In this document: in pieces, positions 20,542-29,934 of the stretch
Layout: every line of letters starts with the position of its first letter
Position numbering within the stretch: position 1 is the stretch's first letter
Source: an uncultured Thermodesulfobacteriota bacterium
GTDB lineage: Bacteria > Desulfobacterota > B13-G15
Assembly: GCA_964611295.1 (NCBI GenBank)
Contig: CAZSWV010000006.1
Span: 7,571 to 71,570 of the forward strand
Length of the DNA: 64,000 nt
Reading direction: 5' to 3'
Position numbers and translations under genes: made by a program
Notes under the pieces: model-generated
The model's input: only the letters and a program-made list of their open reading frames with translations
What the model was told of the DNA's origin: nothing
Database searches by the model: none

Positions 20542-21930
20542 ATGTGGGTCCTTATGCCTGAATTTTTCCTTATAGGTTGCTTTACTTTTTACTTCGTCCT
20601 TTCCCTTTCAAGGGTCCCGTGGAGAATCCGCCCTTTATCCAAGGGTCTTGCCTTATTGGCCTTCTTCCTCACCCTTATTACCTTTGGCGAACAAGGGGAG
20701 TTTTTTTCAGGAGCCCTGAAAGTCGATACCTTTACCCAAGTCTTCAAGGCCATCTGTGCCTTTGGTTTCTTTTTGGTCTTTTGCCTTTTAAAACCTGAAG
20801 GAGAGGATCATGAGGAGGGTTATCTCCACGAACTTTATGGGTTTCTGACCTTAAGCCTTTTAGGGCTCATGGTCCTTGTCTCAGCCGAAGACCTTTTGTC
20901 CCTTTTCATCGCCCTCGAACTTTCTTCCTACTGCTTATATGTGATCCTCCCTTTAAGGAAGGGTGGATATTTAGGGTCCGTTGAAGGGAGTTTGAAGTAT
21001 GTGTTTTTCGGTGCCGTATGCTCTGCCCTTGCCCTTTACGGAATGGGATACCTCTATGCCTTAAGTGGTACTACTAAGCTCGGTGCCCTTGTTGTGGAAG
21101 GTGGGCTGTTTTCCTCTTTAGGGCTTTTGCTTTTTTCAGTGGCCTTCTTTTTCAAATTAAGTCTTTTCCCCTTCCACTTTTGGGCCCCTGACGTTTACCA
21201 AGGGGCTTCCAATTCCGTTGCGGCCTTTATAGCCAGCGTGCCTAAGGTAGCAGCCCTAGCCGTGCTCTTGAAAATTATTGGGCTTTTCCCTCAGGAGTCA
21301 AAAGGTTTAAAAGATGCCCTGTGGGTCATAGCGGTCCTGTCCATGACCTTTGGCAACCTAGCTGCGCTGGTGCAAAAGGACTTGAAGAGGCTTATGGCCT
21401 ACTCGGGAATAGCCCATGGAGGATACGTAGTCCTTGGTCTTTTGGAACCCGGAATTGAAGCCAAGGTAGCGGTATCCTTTTACGCCCTTGTGTACCTCTT
21501 GATGACCCTTGGGGTCTTCCTGGTGCTGGTGGGAGTTTCTGAAAAGGGAAAGGATGTGTTGATAGAGGACCTTTCGGGTCTTTACAGCCGTTCCCCGCTT
21601 TTTGCCTTTACCTTGGCGGTTTCAGCCTTCTCCCTCATAGGTATACCCCCTACTGGGGGCTTCATGGGCAAGTTGTTCTTATTCGTGGTAGCCTACAAAG
21701 CCGGCCACAAATTGCTGGTGTTAATCGCCCTCGTCAACACCGTTCTCTCCCTCTTTTATTACCTGAACATGGTGAGACTTGCATATTCCAAAGAGTCCCT
21801 GGGGCCCAGGAGTCCCCTTGTCCTTTCAACCCTTGACAAGGTCCTCTGTTTAACGGTTAGCGGCCTTTTACTTCTCTTAGGGGTTTTCCCTTCTCCTTGG
21901 ACGGACTTTCTTTATAAAGTGGCCGTATAA
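20542..21930 (+). CDS. nuoN: NADH-quinone oxidoreductase subunit N
   Basis: FHFWAPDVYQGASNSVAAFIASVPKVAALAVLLK, the NuoN signature. Confidence 0.85.
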   Translation: MWVLMPEFFLIGCFTFYFVLSLSRVPWRIRPLSKGLALLAFFLTLITFGEQGEFFSGALKVDTFTQVFKAICAFGFFLVFCLLKPEGEDHEEGYLHELYGFLTLSLLGLMVLVSAEDLLSLFIALELSSYCLYVILPLRKGGYLGSVEGSLKYVFFGAVCSALALYGMGYLYALSGTTKLGALVVEGGLFSSLGLLLFSVAFFFKLSLFPFHFWAPDVYQGASNSVAAFIASVPKVAALAVLLKIIGLFPQESKGLKDALWVIAVLSMTFGNLAALVQKDLKRLMAYSGIAHGGYVVLGLLEPGIEAKVAVSFYALVYLLMTLGVFLVLVGVSEKGKDVLIEDLSGLYSRSPLFAFTLAVSAFSLIGIPPTGGFMGKLFLFVVAYKAGHKLLVLIALVNTVLSLFYYLNMVRLAYSKESLGPRSPLVLSTLDKVLCLTVSGLLLLLGVFPSPWTDFLYKVAV

Positions 21931-21935
21931 AAAAA

Positions 21936-21963
21936 GAGCGGGCCCTCACGACCCGCCCTTTTT
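21936..21963. terminator. candidate bidirectional terminator after nuoN / dctP-1
   Basis: GC stem GCGGG...CCCGC flanked by an A7 run upstream and a T5 run downstream. Confidence 0.45.
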
Positions 21964-21974
21964 GGTCTTTATCC

Positions 21975-23051
21975 CTATTCTGCCCGTATCTCTTTTGGAC
22001 CTGTGACCGACTTTATGCCGAGTTCCTTTTGCCTGTCAAGCCAATATCTGGTCCTCTCCTTTATATAGGAAATCATCTCGTTCAATTTAGCCCGGCTATG
22101 ACCCGCCTTTTCGAGTTCCTTAAGGTAGGCTTCTACCACTGGTTGGACTGCCTCCTGCCATTTCTTCATCTCGTCTTCAGTAAGGTTGATGAAGGTAACG
22201 CCCTTTTCCTTACCCGCCTTTAGCCCTTCGAAGTCCACGTCGTTCCATACCCTTGCGGCCTTTTCCCTGTACTCTTTGGAAAGTTCGTCAAAGACCTTCT
22301 GTACCTCTCCAGGAAGGCTTTCCCATGTCCTTTTGTTCATCACTACGTAAAAGGTATAGACGTCAGCCACACCATAACAAAGGGTGACGTACTTTGCCAC
22401 TTCAGCAAGCCTAAAGGACTTCAAGGTCTCAATGGCCGTCATACTCCCTTCCACTACGCCCCTCGAGATGGCTTCATAGGTCTCCGGCATAGGTACAGGC
22501 TTAGGGACAGCCCCTAAGGCCTTTAGGATTTCACTGGTCCTACCTGTACCCCTTATGGTGAGGCCTTTTAAGTCCTCAAGCTTATATACCGGCTTCTTAG
22601 CCAAGATCAAGACCTGTGGCGGTTGGGTGTTAAGCCATAGGACCTTCGTGTCCTTCCATTCCTCAGGCTTGTAACGCTCGTAAAAATCGTTTACCACATG
22701 GGTGGAGACCCAAGCACTTGGGTAACCATGGGGCAAATCGGCAAGTTCAGTGATAGGGAAACGGCCCACAGTATAAGCCACATGTGAGAAACCTATATCG
22801 GCTATCCCTTGTACTACACCGTCGTAGACCTTTGTGGCAGAAAGGAGGGCTTCACCTCCATAGAAGTCTACTTTTACCGTTCCGTTTGTCCTCTTTTCCA
22901 CATCGCGGCAGAACTCCTCAAGGAGCTTGGACTGAGAGGCAGCTGTCGGGAAATAAGAGGCGAACTTCAACCTTATGACCTTCTGGCCAAAGGCAACCGT
23001 TGCCAAAAGGAATACGCCTACAAAAGCCAACACCACCCTACCGTATCTCAT
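21975..23051 (-). CDS. dctP: TRAP transporter substrate-binding protein (DctP family), copy 1
   Basis: Signal peptide plus a DctP-family SBP, 358 aa. Residues about 20-90 are identical to copy 2. Confidence 0.85.
   Translation of the reverse strand: MRYGRVVLAFVGVFLLATVAFGQKVIRLKFASYFPTAASQSKLLEEFCRDVEKRTNGTVKVDFYGGEALLSATKVYDGVVQGIADIGFSHVAYTVGRFPITELADLPHGYPSAWVSTHVVNDFYERYKPEEWKDTKVLWLNTQPPQVLILAKKPVYKLEDLKGLTIRGTGRTSEILKALGAVPKPVPMPETYEAISRGVVEGSMTAIETLKSFRLAEVAKYVTLCYGVADVYTFYVVMNKRTWESLPGEVQKVFDELSKEYREKAARVWNDVDFEGLKAGKEKGVTFINLTEDEMKKWQEAVQPVVEAYLKELEKAGHSRAKLNEMISYIKERTRYWLDRQKELGIKSVTGPKEIRAE
22778..22994. repeat. 217-bp near-identical tract shared with dctP copy 2 (1 mismatch)
   Basis: Direct comparison: 22778-22994 equals 25749-25965 except G/A at 22977, while the flanks have diverged. 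Confidence 0.9.
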
Positions 23052-23089
23052 TTCCCACCTCCTTTAAACAGGCGTTTGTCAAATATTAT

Positions 23090-24394
23090 TTACCACTTTG
23101 CAAACTTGGGCAACCATGTGGCTAGTTCTGGGAATAGGAAGACCAGAACTGTAGTGATTATGATCCCCATGCCTATGAGTACAGCTCCTTTGAAGATCTG
23201 GCCGAGGGGTACATCTGGAGCAAGTCCTTTGGCCACGTATACGTTTACACCCACAGGGGGGCTGATTATCCCGAACTGGGCTACTAAGACGATGAGGACC
23301 CCAAACCATATAGGGTCAAAGCCCAAGTTCGTCACAAGGGGATAGAATATGGGGACTGTTAAGACCACTAGCGCTAAGGAGTCTATGAAACATCCTGCGA
23401 TGAGGTAGATGATGGTGATGATGATCATGACGGTCCAGCGAGAGACCCCAAGGGAGTTTATCCAGTCCACCAGTTCGAAGGGGATCCTGGTAATGGCAAG
23501 GAAGTGACCGAAAACGGTAGCCCCAGCGATTAGGAAAAGGACCATGGAGGCAGTTAAGACACCGTCGATAGTCGCTTCCCAAAAGGCCTTCCATGACAGG
23601 CTTCTCCTTAAGAGCCCTATTGCAATTGCACCTACAGCTCCGATACTTCCTGCCTGCGAGGGTGTAAACCAACCGGCAAACAATCCGCCCAGTACCACAA
23701 GGAAGAGGACCAGTGCCTCCCACACCATGCCTATCGCCTTAAGTTTTTGCACAAAGGTGGTAGGAGGGCCTGCAGGTCCCCATTCTGGTTTAAGCGCGCA
23801 TGCCACAAGGACTATGCCACCCATTATAGCAGCCATGATCAAACCGGGGATTATCCCCGAGATGAAAAGCTTCCCAATGGACTGCTCAGTCAGTATGCCG
23901 TAAACGATGAAGACCGTACTTGGTGGAATCATTATGCCCAAGGTACCGCCTGCAGCGATACAGCCTGTAGCGAAGGAATCGTCGTAATGATAGCGTTTCA
24001 TCTCAGGGTATGCGATCTTTCCTATCGTTGCAGCGCTTGCTGTTGCCGAGCCACAGATGGCCCCAAAACCAGCGCAGGCAGCAATTGTCGTCAACCCCAA
24101 TCCCCCTCGCATCTGTCCAAATATGTCGTAAGAGGCCCTATACAACCTCTGGCTTATGCCCGAGGCAAAGGCGTAAGTCCCCATGAGGATAAAGGTGGTG
24201 ATCACCGAAAGCGAGTAGGAGCTGAAGACGCTGAAGAAATCCCTCACAAGGAGTTTGGATCCTGCCCCAAAGCCTGACAGATACGAATAACCAAGCCAAC
24301 CCATGAAGGCCATGGCAAAGCTTATAGGCATCCTCAAGACGAACAGGAGGAGCATCAGACCTATTCCTATGATCCCCACCGTTACTGGTTCCAT
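23090..24394 (-). CDS. dctM: TRAP transporter large permease
   Basis: 434-aa polytopic DctM-family permease. Confidence 0.9.
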   Translation of the reverse strand: MEPVTVGIIGIGLMLLLFVLRMPISFAMAFMGWLGYSYLSGFGAGSKLLVRDFFSVFSSYSLSVITTFILMGTYAFASGISQRLYRASYDIFGQMRGGLGLTTIAACAGFGAICGSATASAATIGKIAYPEMKRYHYDDSFATGCIAAGGTLGIMIPPSTVFIVYGILTEQSIGKLFISGIIPGLIMAAIMGGIVLVACALKPEWGPAGPPTTFVQKLKAIGMVWEALVLFLVVLGGLFAGWFTPSQAGSIGAVGAIAIGLLRRSLSWKAFWEATIDGVLTASMVLFLIAGATVFGHFLAITRIPFELVDWINSLGVSRWTVMIIITIIYLIAGCFIDSLALVVLTVPIFYPLVTNLGFDPIWFGVLIVLVAQFGIISPPVGVNVYVAKGLAPDVPLGQIFKGAVLIGMGIIITTVLVFLFPELATWLPKFAKW

Positions 24395-24417
24395 GGCATG
24401 CCTCCTCTTACTTCCTT

Positions 24418-24888
24418 TTAACTCAAGGCGTGTCCTTTGAAGATGCCGATAAGGTGTTTGATCAACACCAAGACCAAGAGAAAAGCCGAAATTCCAAGTA
24501 CATAAGCGAAGGGGAAAAGGGGCAAGTTAATAGTCCCCGAGGTCTCCTTCACCTTCCTCAAAGACTCCCCGTAAAGTAGGCCTTCTACCGTTAGAATGCC
24601 AAATAAAAAGAGCGACAGTCCCGCAACGAATACCATTACGGCTACTTTAGCCCACTTAGGCATCATGTCCACAAAGAACTCCACCTGCACATGTCTTCCC
24701 CTCAAAAAGACATGGGCCCCTGCAAGTCCTATCACGAAAACCTGGCTAAGCATCACCAATTCATAAGATCCCACAACAGGTCTATTTAGGATCTTACTTC
24801 CGATGACGTCTGCAAAGGTGACCCCAACTATGAAGATGGCTGCCCAACATGCGACTACTGTCCCTGCTTTCGCCATCCTTTCCACCAT
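24418..24888 (-). CDS. dctQ: TRAP transporter small permease
   Basis: 156 aa with four TM segments, in the DctQ position. Confidence 0.8.
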   Translation of the reverse strand: MVERMAKAGTVVACWAAIFIVGVTFADVIGSKILNRPVVGSYELVMLSQVFVIGLAGAHVFLRGRHVQVEFFVDMMPKWAKVAVMVFVAGLSLFLFGILTVEGLLYGESLRKVKETSGTINLPLFPFAYVLGISAFLLVLVLIKHLIGIFKGHALS

Positions 24889-24945
24889 CTTTTCCCCCTT
24901 AAGGAAAGGGAAGGGAGGAGGAAAAACCCCCTCCCTTTAGTTCGA

Positions 24946-26025
24946 TTATTGGGCACGTATCTCCTTTGGTCCAGTTATGGACTTAATGCCCAATTCCTTC
25001 TGCTTTCCAAGCCAGTACTGGATCCTTTCCTTGATATAGGACACCATCTCGTTCAGTTTAGCGCGGCTGTGGCCTGCCTTTTCCAGTTCCTTTAAGTAAG
25101 CCTCCACTGTAGGTGCCACGGTCTCCTTCCAGCGCTTCATTTCGTCATCGGGCAGGTAGATGAAGGTCACACCTTTGGCCTTTCCAGCCTCCCAGCCTTC
25201 GAATTCTACGTCGTTCCATACCTTTGCGGCCTTCTCTTCGTATTCCTTGGCCAGGTCACCTATGACCTTTTGCACTTCTGCAGGTAGGCTGTCCCATACC
25301 TTCTTGTTCATGACCACATAGAAGGTATATAGGTTCGTGGCCTCATAGCACATGGTCACGTACTTCGCCACTTCAGCCAGGCGGAAGGCCTTAAGCGTTT
25401 CCACCGGAGTCATACAACCCTCTACAACCCCGCGGGCCATGGCTTCATAGACCTCTGGCATGGGTACAGGCTTCGGTACTGCCCCTAGGGCCTTCAAGAC
25501 CTCAGCTATCCTTCCAGGACCACGGACCGTCAGGCCTTTTATGTCCTCAAGCTTATAAACGGGTTTTTTGGCCAAGATCAATTCGTTTGGCGGAGAGGTG
25601 TTAAACCACAGAGGCTGCACGTCCTTCCACTCCTCAGGTTTAAAACGCCTGTAAAAGTCATTGGCCACTCGACTTGCTACCCACGCGCTGGGATAACCGT
25701 GTGGTAGATCTAGGATCTCAGTAAGGGGGAAGCGACCCACTGTGTACTCCACATGTGAGAAACCTATATCGGCTATCCCTTGTACTACACCGTCGTAGAC
25801 CTTTGTGGCAGAAAGGAGGGCTTCACCTCCATAGAAGTCTACTTTTACCGTTCCGTTTGTCCTCTTTTCCACATCGCGGCAGAACTCCTCAAGGAGCTTG
25901 GACTGAGAGGCAGCTGTCGGGAAATAAGAGGCGAACTTCAACCTTATAACCTTCTGGCCAAAGGCCAAAGGTACTAAGGACCAAAAGGCTAAAAAAACCA
26001 CTCCCACCACCTTCCACCTACCCAT
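24946..26025 (-). CDS. dctP: TRAP transporter substrate-binding protein (DctP family), copy 2
   Basis: 359-aa paralog of copy 1, with a different signal peptide. Confidence 0.85.
   Translation of the reverse strand: MGRWKVVGVVFLAFWSLVPLAFGQKVIRLKFASYFPTAASQSKLLEEFCRDVEKRTNGTVKVDFYGGEALLSATKVYDGVVQGIADIGFSHVEYTVGRFPLTEILDLPHGYPSAWVASRVANDFYRRFKPEEWKDVQPLWFNTSPPNELILAKKPVYKLEDIKGLTVRGPGRIAEVLKALGAVPKPVPMPEVYEAMARGVVEGCMTPVETLKAFRLAEVAKYVTMCYEATNLYTFYVVMNKKVWDSLPAEVQKVIGDLAKEYEEKAAKVWNDVEFEGWEAGKAKGVTFIYLPDDEMKRWKETVAPTVEAYLKELEKAGHSRAKLNEMVSYIKERIQYWLGKQKELGIKSITGPKEIRAQ
25749..25965. repeat. second copy of the 217-bp near-identical dctP tract
   Basis: See 22778-22994. Confidence 0.9.
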
Positions 26026-26038
26026 CCCTTCACCTCCC

Positions 26039-27601
26039 TTATGTTAAAGTTTTAAGCCTATAACGCATAATCTTACCTGTAGCTGTCCTAGGGAGCTCGT
26101 TAACGAAGGCGATCGCCTTTGGGGCCTTAAAAGGTGCTAATTTACCCTTTACGAACTCGATGAGCTCCCTTTCCAGTTCTTCACTAGGTTCATGACCTTC
26201 CTTCAAAACCACAAATCCCTTTGCCTTTATCAAACCGTCCTCAAAAGGCACTCCGACTACAGCACATTCTGCTACAGCTGGGTGTTCCAACAGGACGTTT
26301 TCTACCTCCATAGGCGCAAGCCATTGGCCACTCACCTTCAACATGTCGTCAGCCCTTCCTTGGTAATAGAAAAACCCTTCTTCGTCTACGTAAAAGAGGT
26401 CGCCGGTCTTAAACCACTCGCCATAGAAGACCTCCTTGTTCCTCTCGTGTCTTCGCCAATAAAAGGGCGTTATGCCGTCGTTCCTAAGCCAAAGCTCTCC
26501 GATCTCAAAAGGTTTTTTTACTTCCCTTCCTTCTTCGTCGACAAGCCTCGCTTCAAAGCCTGGTAAGAGCCTTCCGGAGCTTTCGGGCTTCTCCCTCAAG
26601 TCTCTGGTGGCTATATACATCCCGCCTACGTCTGTGCTGCCCACTCCGTTGACGATCCTCTTATTGAAAAGACGTGAGAGCTTTTCCACAATGGCTGGAG
26701 GCATGGCTTCACCTGCGGTGACAAAGGCCCTAATGGAACTAAAATCAACGACCAGCCCCTTTTCCATCTCCCTCAGCAGGGCAGAATAAAAGCTCGGAAC
26801 GCTGAAAAATAAGGTAGGCCTGTACCGCTTTACTACATCCGCTATCTCTTCAGGTCGTGGCCAATGAGGCCACAGGATTACCGACAGCCCATAAAGGAGG
26901 GTCGTTTCAACGGTGGCGTTACGCCCGTAAGAGAAGAAGGTTTTAGACGTACAAAAGACCACATCGTCTTCCTTGACCTCAAGGGCAGTTTCACACACAG
27001 GAGGCCAGAAGTATAAAAGGTCATGGTGTAAATGGACAACCCCTTTGGGGAGACCTGTGGTCCCCGAAGTGTACATCCAAAAGGCCATGTCGTCCCTTGA
27101 CGTTTCCTCAGGCTCAAGTTGCGAAGGTTCGGCCTCGAGCAAATCCCAAAAATCAAGCCCTTCCCTTACCCCATTTCCTACAAGGACGACATGCTTTAGA
27201 TAAGGCACCTCTTTCCTTATGGGTTCTACCTTTTCGTAAAGGTCAGAACCAGCAACAAGGACCCTCGCTCGCGAGTCCTTCAAAAAAAACAGTATGTCTT
27301 TAGGAGAAGAAAGGGTATTAACCAAAATGGGAACCGCCCCTACCTTCATAGCGCCCAGATAAGCATAAAACAGTGCTGGTGAATCCCAAAGTAAGATCAA
27401 CACACGTTCTTCCGGTGTGATCCCCAAACGGCGTAAGGCGTTCCCAAATCGGTTTACGTTTTCGCAAAGCTCCTTATACGTGACCCGTTCATCTAGGTAG
27501 TAAAGGGCCACCTTATCCCCTCTACCTTCTTCTAAATGCCTGTCGGTCAGAAAAGACGCAAGGTTAAAAACCTCCGGCACCTTGAACCCTAAAAAAGACA
27601 T
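26039..27601 (-). CDS. AMP-dependent synthetase/ligase (benzoate-CoA-ligase-like), paralog 2
   Basis: YTSGTTGLPKGVVHLHHD, 520 aa, co-linear with ligase-1 at about two-thirds identity by eye. It lies directly upstream of dctP-2 on the same strand. Confidence 0.8.
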   Translation of the reverse strand: MSFLGFKVPEVFNLASFLTDRHLEEGRGDKVALYYLDERVTYKELCENVNRFGNALRRLGITPEERVLILLWDSPALFYAYLGAMKVGAVPILVNTLSSPKDILFFLKDSRARVLVAGSDLYEKVEPIRKEVPYLKHVVLVGNGVREGLDFWDLLEAEPSQLEPEETSRDDMAFWMYTSGTTGLPKGVVHLHHDLLYFWPPVCETALEVKEDDVVFCTSKTFFSYGRNATVETTLLYGLSVILWPHWPRPEEIADVVKRYRPTLFFSVPSFYSALLREMEKGLVVDFSSIRAFVTAGEAMPPAIVEKLSRLFNKRIVNGVGSTDVGGMYIATRDLREKPESSGRLLPGFEARLVDEEGREVKKPFEIGELWLRNDGITPFYWRRHERNKEVFYGEWFKTGDLFYVDEEGFFYYQGRADDMLKVSGQWLAPMEVENVLLEHPAVAECAVVGVPFEDGLIKAKGFVVLKEGHEPSEELERELIEFVKGKLAPFKAPKAIAFVNELPRTATGKIMRYRLKTLT

Positions 27602-27641
27602 CGTTTTCTCCTTTCTGCTTTAAAAAAGCTTTTAACATAGA

Positions 27642-27673
27642 TAAAAAAACGAGGTCAAGGACCGTAGACCTCG
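27642..27673 (-). terminator. rho-independent terminator (minus strand) between crotonase-2 and ligase-2
   Basis: On the minus strand: CGAGGTC-10 nt-GACCTCG followed by TTTTTTTAT. Confidence 0.55.
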
Positions 27674-27723
27674 CTTTGGCTTAAAGCTTTCAAATCCTAA
27701 ACAAGTTGGAACAAAAAGGAAGG

Positions 27724-28509
27724 TCACTGGGCCTTGAACTCCGGCTTCCTCTTTTCTAAAAAGGCTTTCATACCTTCTTTTTGGTCTTGAGTGGAAAAGA
27801 GGATAGCCCATGTTTCCACTTCTAGGTCTTCTCCTCTTCTTAAGCCTCCTTCAAGGCCCTCGTTTATAAGCCTTTTGGCAGCCTTTATGGCCAAAGGGCC
27901 ATTTTTGGCTATCTTCATAGCCAAATCCTGGGCCTCCTTTAGCAACTCTCCTTGAGGGCAGACTTTGTTGACAATTCCGAGTTCAAAGGCCTTTTTCGCA
28001 TCTACCATCTCGCCTGTGAGGATCAACTCCTTGGCCCTTGCTTTGCCTATGAGACGGGCAAGCCTTTGTGTCCCTCCGAATCCAGGGCATATTCCAAGGG
28101 TCACCTCAGGGAAACCGAGCCTTGCGTTTTCAGAGGCCAGGATGATGTCACATGCTAAGGCAAGTTCGAGGCCGCCGCCTAAGGCATAGCCGTTTACAGC
28201 GGCTATTACAGGCCATGGGAACTCCTCGATCATCCGCATGGTTTCGTGTCCAAGGCGGGAGAACTCAAGGGCCTCTTTTGCGTCCATATTGGCCATCTCA
28301 GATATATCTGCCCCTGCCACGAAGGCCTTTTCCCCTTCTCCAGTTATGATGAGTACCCTTACACGTGGATCCTTTCCAATTTCCAGAAGCGCCTTTTTCA
28401 ACTCCTCAAGGGTGGCCTTGTTTAAGGCGTTCAACACCTTGGGCCTATTTATGGTCAACAAGGCTATGGGTTCTGTGACTTCAACCTTCAGGTTTTCATA
28501 GGCCATCAT
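27724..28509 (-). CDS. enoyl-CoA hydratase/isomerase (crotonase family), copy 2
   Basis: AAVNGYALGGGLELALACD and FPEVTLGICPGFGGTQRL. The start was set to the ATG at 28509 (TAATG overlap with the thiolase stop), 7 nt after AAGGGAGGG. Confidence 0.85.
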   Translation of the reverse strand: MMAYENLKVEVTEPIALLTINRPKVLNALNKATLEELKKALLEIGKDPRVRVLIITGEGEKAFVAGADISEMANMDAKEALEFSRLGHETMRMIEEFPWPVIAAVNGYALGGGLELALACDIILASENARLGFPEVTLGICPGFGGTQRLARLIGKARAKELILTGEMVDAKKAFELGIVNKVCPQGELLKEAQDLAMKIAKNGPLAIKAAKRLINEGLEGGLRRGEDLEVETWAILFSTQDQKEGMKAFLEKRKPEFKAQ

Positions 28510-29804
28510 TAGCCCTCCCTTTCCACTATCATGGCCATCCCCTGACCCCCACCGATGCACATGGTGGCAAGACCCCAACGGGCCTTCCTACGCCTCATCT
28601 CGTGGATCAAGGTCACCACCACTCTTGCACCGGTACATCCGATGGGATGCCCCAAGGATATGCCACTTCCGTGGACGTTGGTGTTCTCCAAACTTAAACC
28701 AAGTTCACGGATACAGGCTATAGCCTGAGCAGCAAAGGCCTCGTTCAGCTCCACTAGGTCTATGTCCTTTATGGAAAGCCCCACCTTTTTCAGCACCTTC
28801 CTTACCGCAGGGATCGGCCCAAGTCCCATGTAAGCAGGGTCTACCGCACCGGAGGCCCATGCCCTTATAACTGCCATGGGCTCTAATCCAAGCTCACGGG
28901 CCTTTTCTTTTGACATCAAGAGGACTGCAGCTGCAGCATCGTTTATCCCTGAGGCATTGCCTGCAGTTACAGTGCCATCCTTCTTGAAGACAGGGGGTAA
29001 CTTGGCCATTTTCTCCAAACTCGTGTCCATGGGTCTCTCGTCGGTGTCAAAGACCAAGGGTTCTCCCTTTGCCTGAGGCACCACTACAGGCACTATTTCT
29101 TCTTTGAAGATCCCCTCTTTTATGGCTGCCCGTGCCCTTTGGTGGCTCAAAAGCCCCAATTTGTCCTGCTCTTCACGGCTTATCTTATAAAGCTCAGCTA
29201 TATTCTCCGCGGTATAGCCCATGTGATACCCGTAAAAGATCTCCCATAGACCGTCCAGCACCATAAGGTCATAAAGTTCGCCCTTTGTGTCCACGTTCAT
29301 CCTGTAGCCCCAACGGGCCTTAGGCAGCCCGTAGGGCACAGCGCTCATGTTTTCCATCCCACCTGCTATTACTATCTCCGCCTCTCCAAGCATTATGGCC
29401 TGTGCCCCTAAGGCTATGGCCTTAAGGCCAGAAGCACAGACCTTGTTCACCGTAAAGGCATTGGTCTCCTTAGGAAGACCAGCGTAGATGGTAGCCTGAC
29501 GGGCCACGTTCTGCCCTTGCCCGGCCTGTAAAACACAGCCCATGATGACCTCATCTACATGCACAGGCTTAAGGGCCTCATCCCAATCATGGTATTGCTT
29601 CTCAAGCTCAGTTAGCCCTTTGCCCTTGAAGGGATCCGGGGCCACCTCTAAGACTTCCTGTGAGGGTAACGGTCTTAAACCAGCCCGCTTCAGAACCTCT
29701 TTTATGACCACACTGCCTAGCTTTACCACAGGTACATCCCTCAAAGAACCGCCAAAGGCACCTATAGCCGTCCTAACACCACTTACTATCACTACTTCCC
29801 GCAT
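28509..29804 (-). CDS. acetyl-CoA C-acetyltransferase (thiolase II)
   Basis: NKVCASGLKAI (Cys nucleophile) and the C-terminal GHPIGCTGARVV. The start was set to MREVVIVSGVRTAIG at 29804. Confidence 0.9.
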   Translation of the reverse strand: MREVVIVSGVRTAIGAFGGSLRDVPVVKLGSVVIKEVLKRAGLRPLPSQEVLEVAPDPFKGKGLTELEKQYHDWDEALKPVHVDEVIMGCVLQAGQGQNVARQATIYAGLPKETNAFTVNKVCASGLKAIALGAQAIMLGEAEIVIAGGMENMSAVPYGLPKARWGYRMNVDTKGELYDLMVLDGLWEIFYGYHMGYTAENIAELYKISREEQDKLGLLSHQRARAAIKEGIFKEEIVPVVVPQAKGEPLVFDTDERPMDTSLEKMAKLPPVFKKDGTVTAGNASGINDAAAAVLLMSKEKARELGLEPMAVIRAWASGAVDPAYMGLGPIPAVRKVLKKVGLSIKDIDLVELNEAFAAQAIACIRELGLSLENTNVHGSGISLGHPIGCTGARVVVTLIHEMRRRKARWGLATMCIGGGQGMAMIVEREG

Positions 29805-29878
29805 TAGGCCCCCCTTAGGAAAATTTTCACAAGCCATTCTATAGGATGCTCCTCCCTTTGTCAACGAACGCCTTCCCC

Positions 29879-29907
29879 TTGAAAACTGGGGGGATTGCCC
29901 CTAAACT
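29879..29907 (+). promoter_or_regulatory. candidate sigma70-like promoter
   Basis: TTGAAA at 29879-29884, a 17-nt spacer, then TAAACT at 29902-29907. This favours the downstream ATG (29935) as the start. Confidence 0.4.
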
Positions 29908-29934
29908 CTAAAACAAATGTGGAGGAGGAAAGGG

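Noticed and set aside
22784-25949. Two identical 64-aa plus-strand ORFs (22784-22978 and 25755-25949)
   Set aside because: They are antisense shadow ORFs inside the dctP genes. Their identity is a by-product of the 217-bp gene-conversion tract, not evidence of a real duplicated gene.
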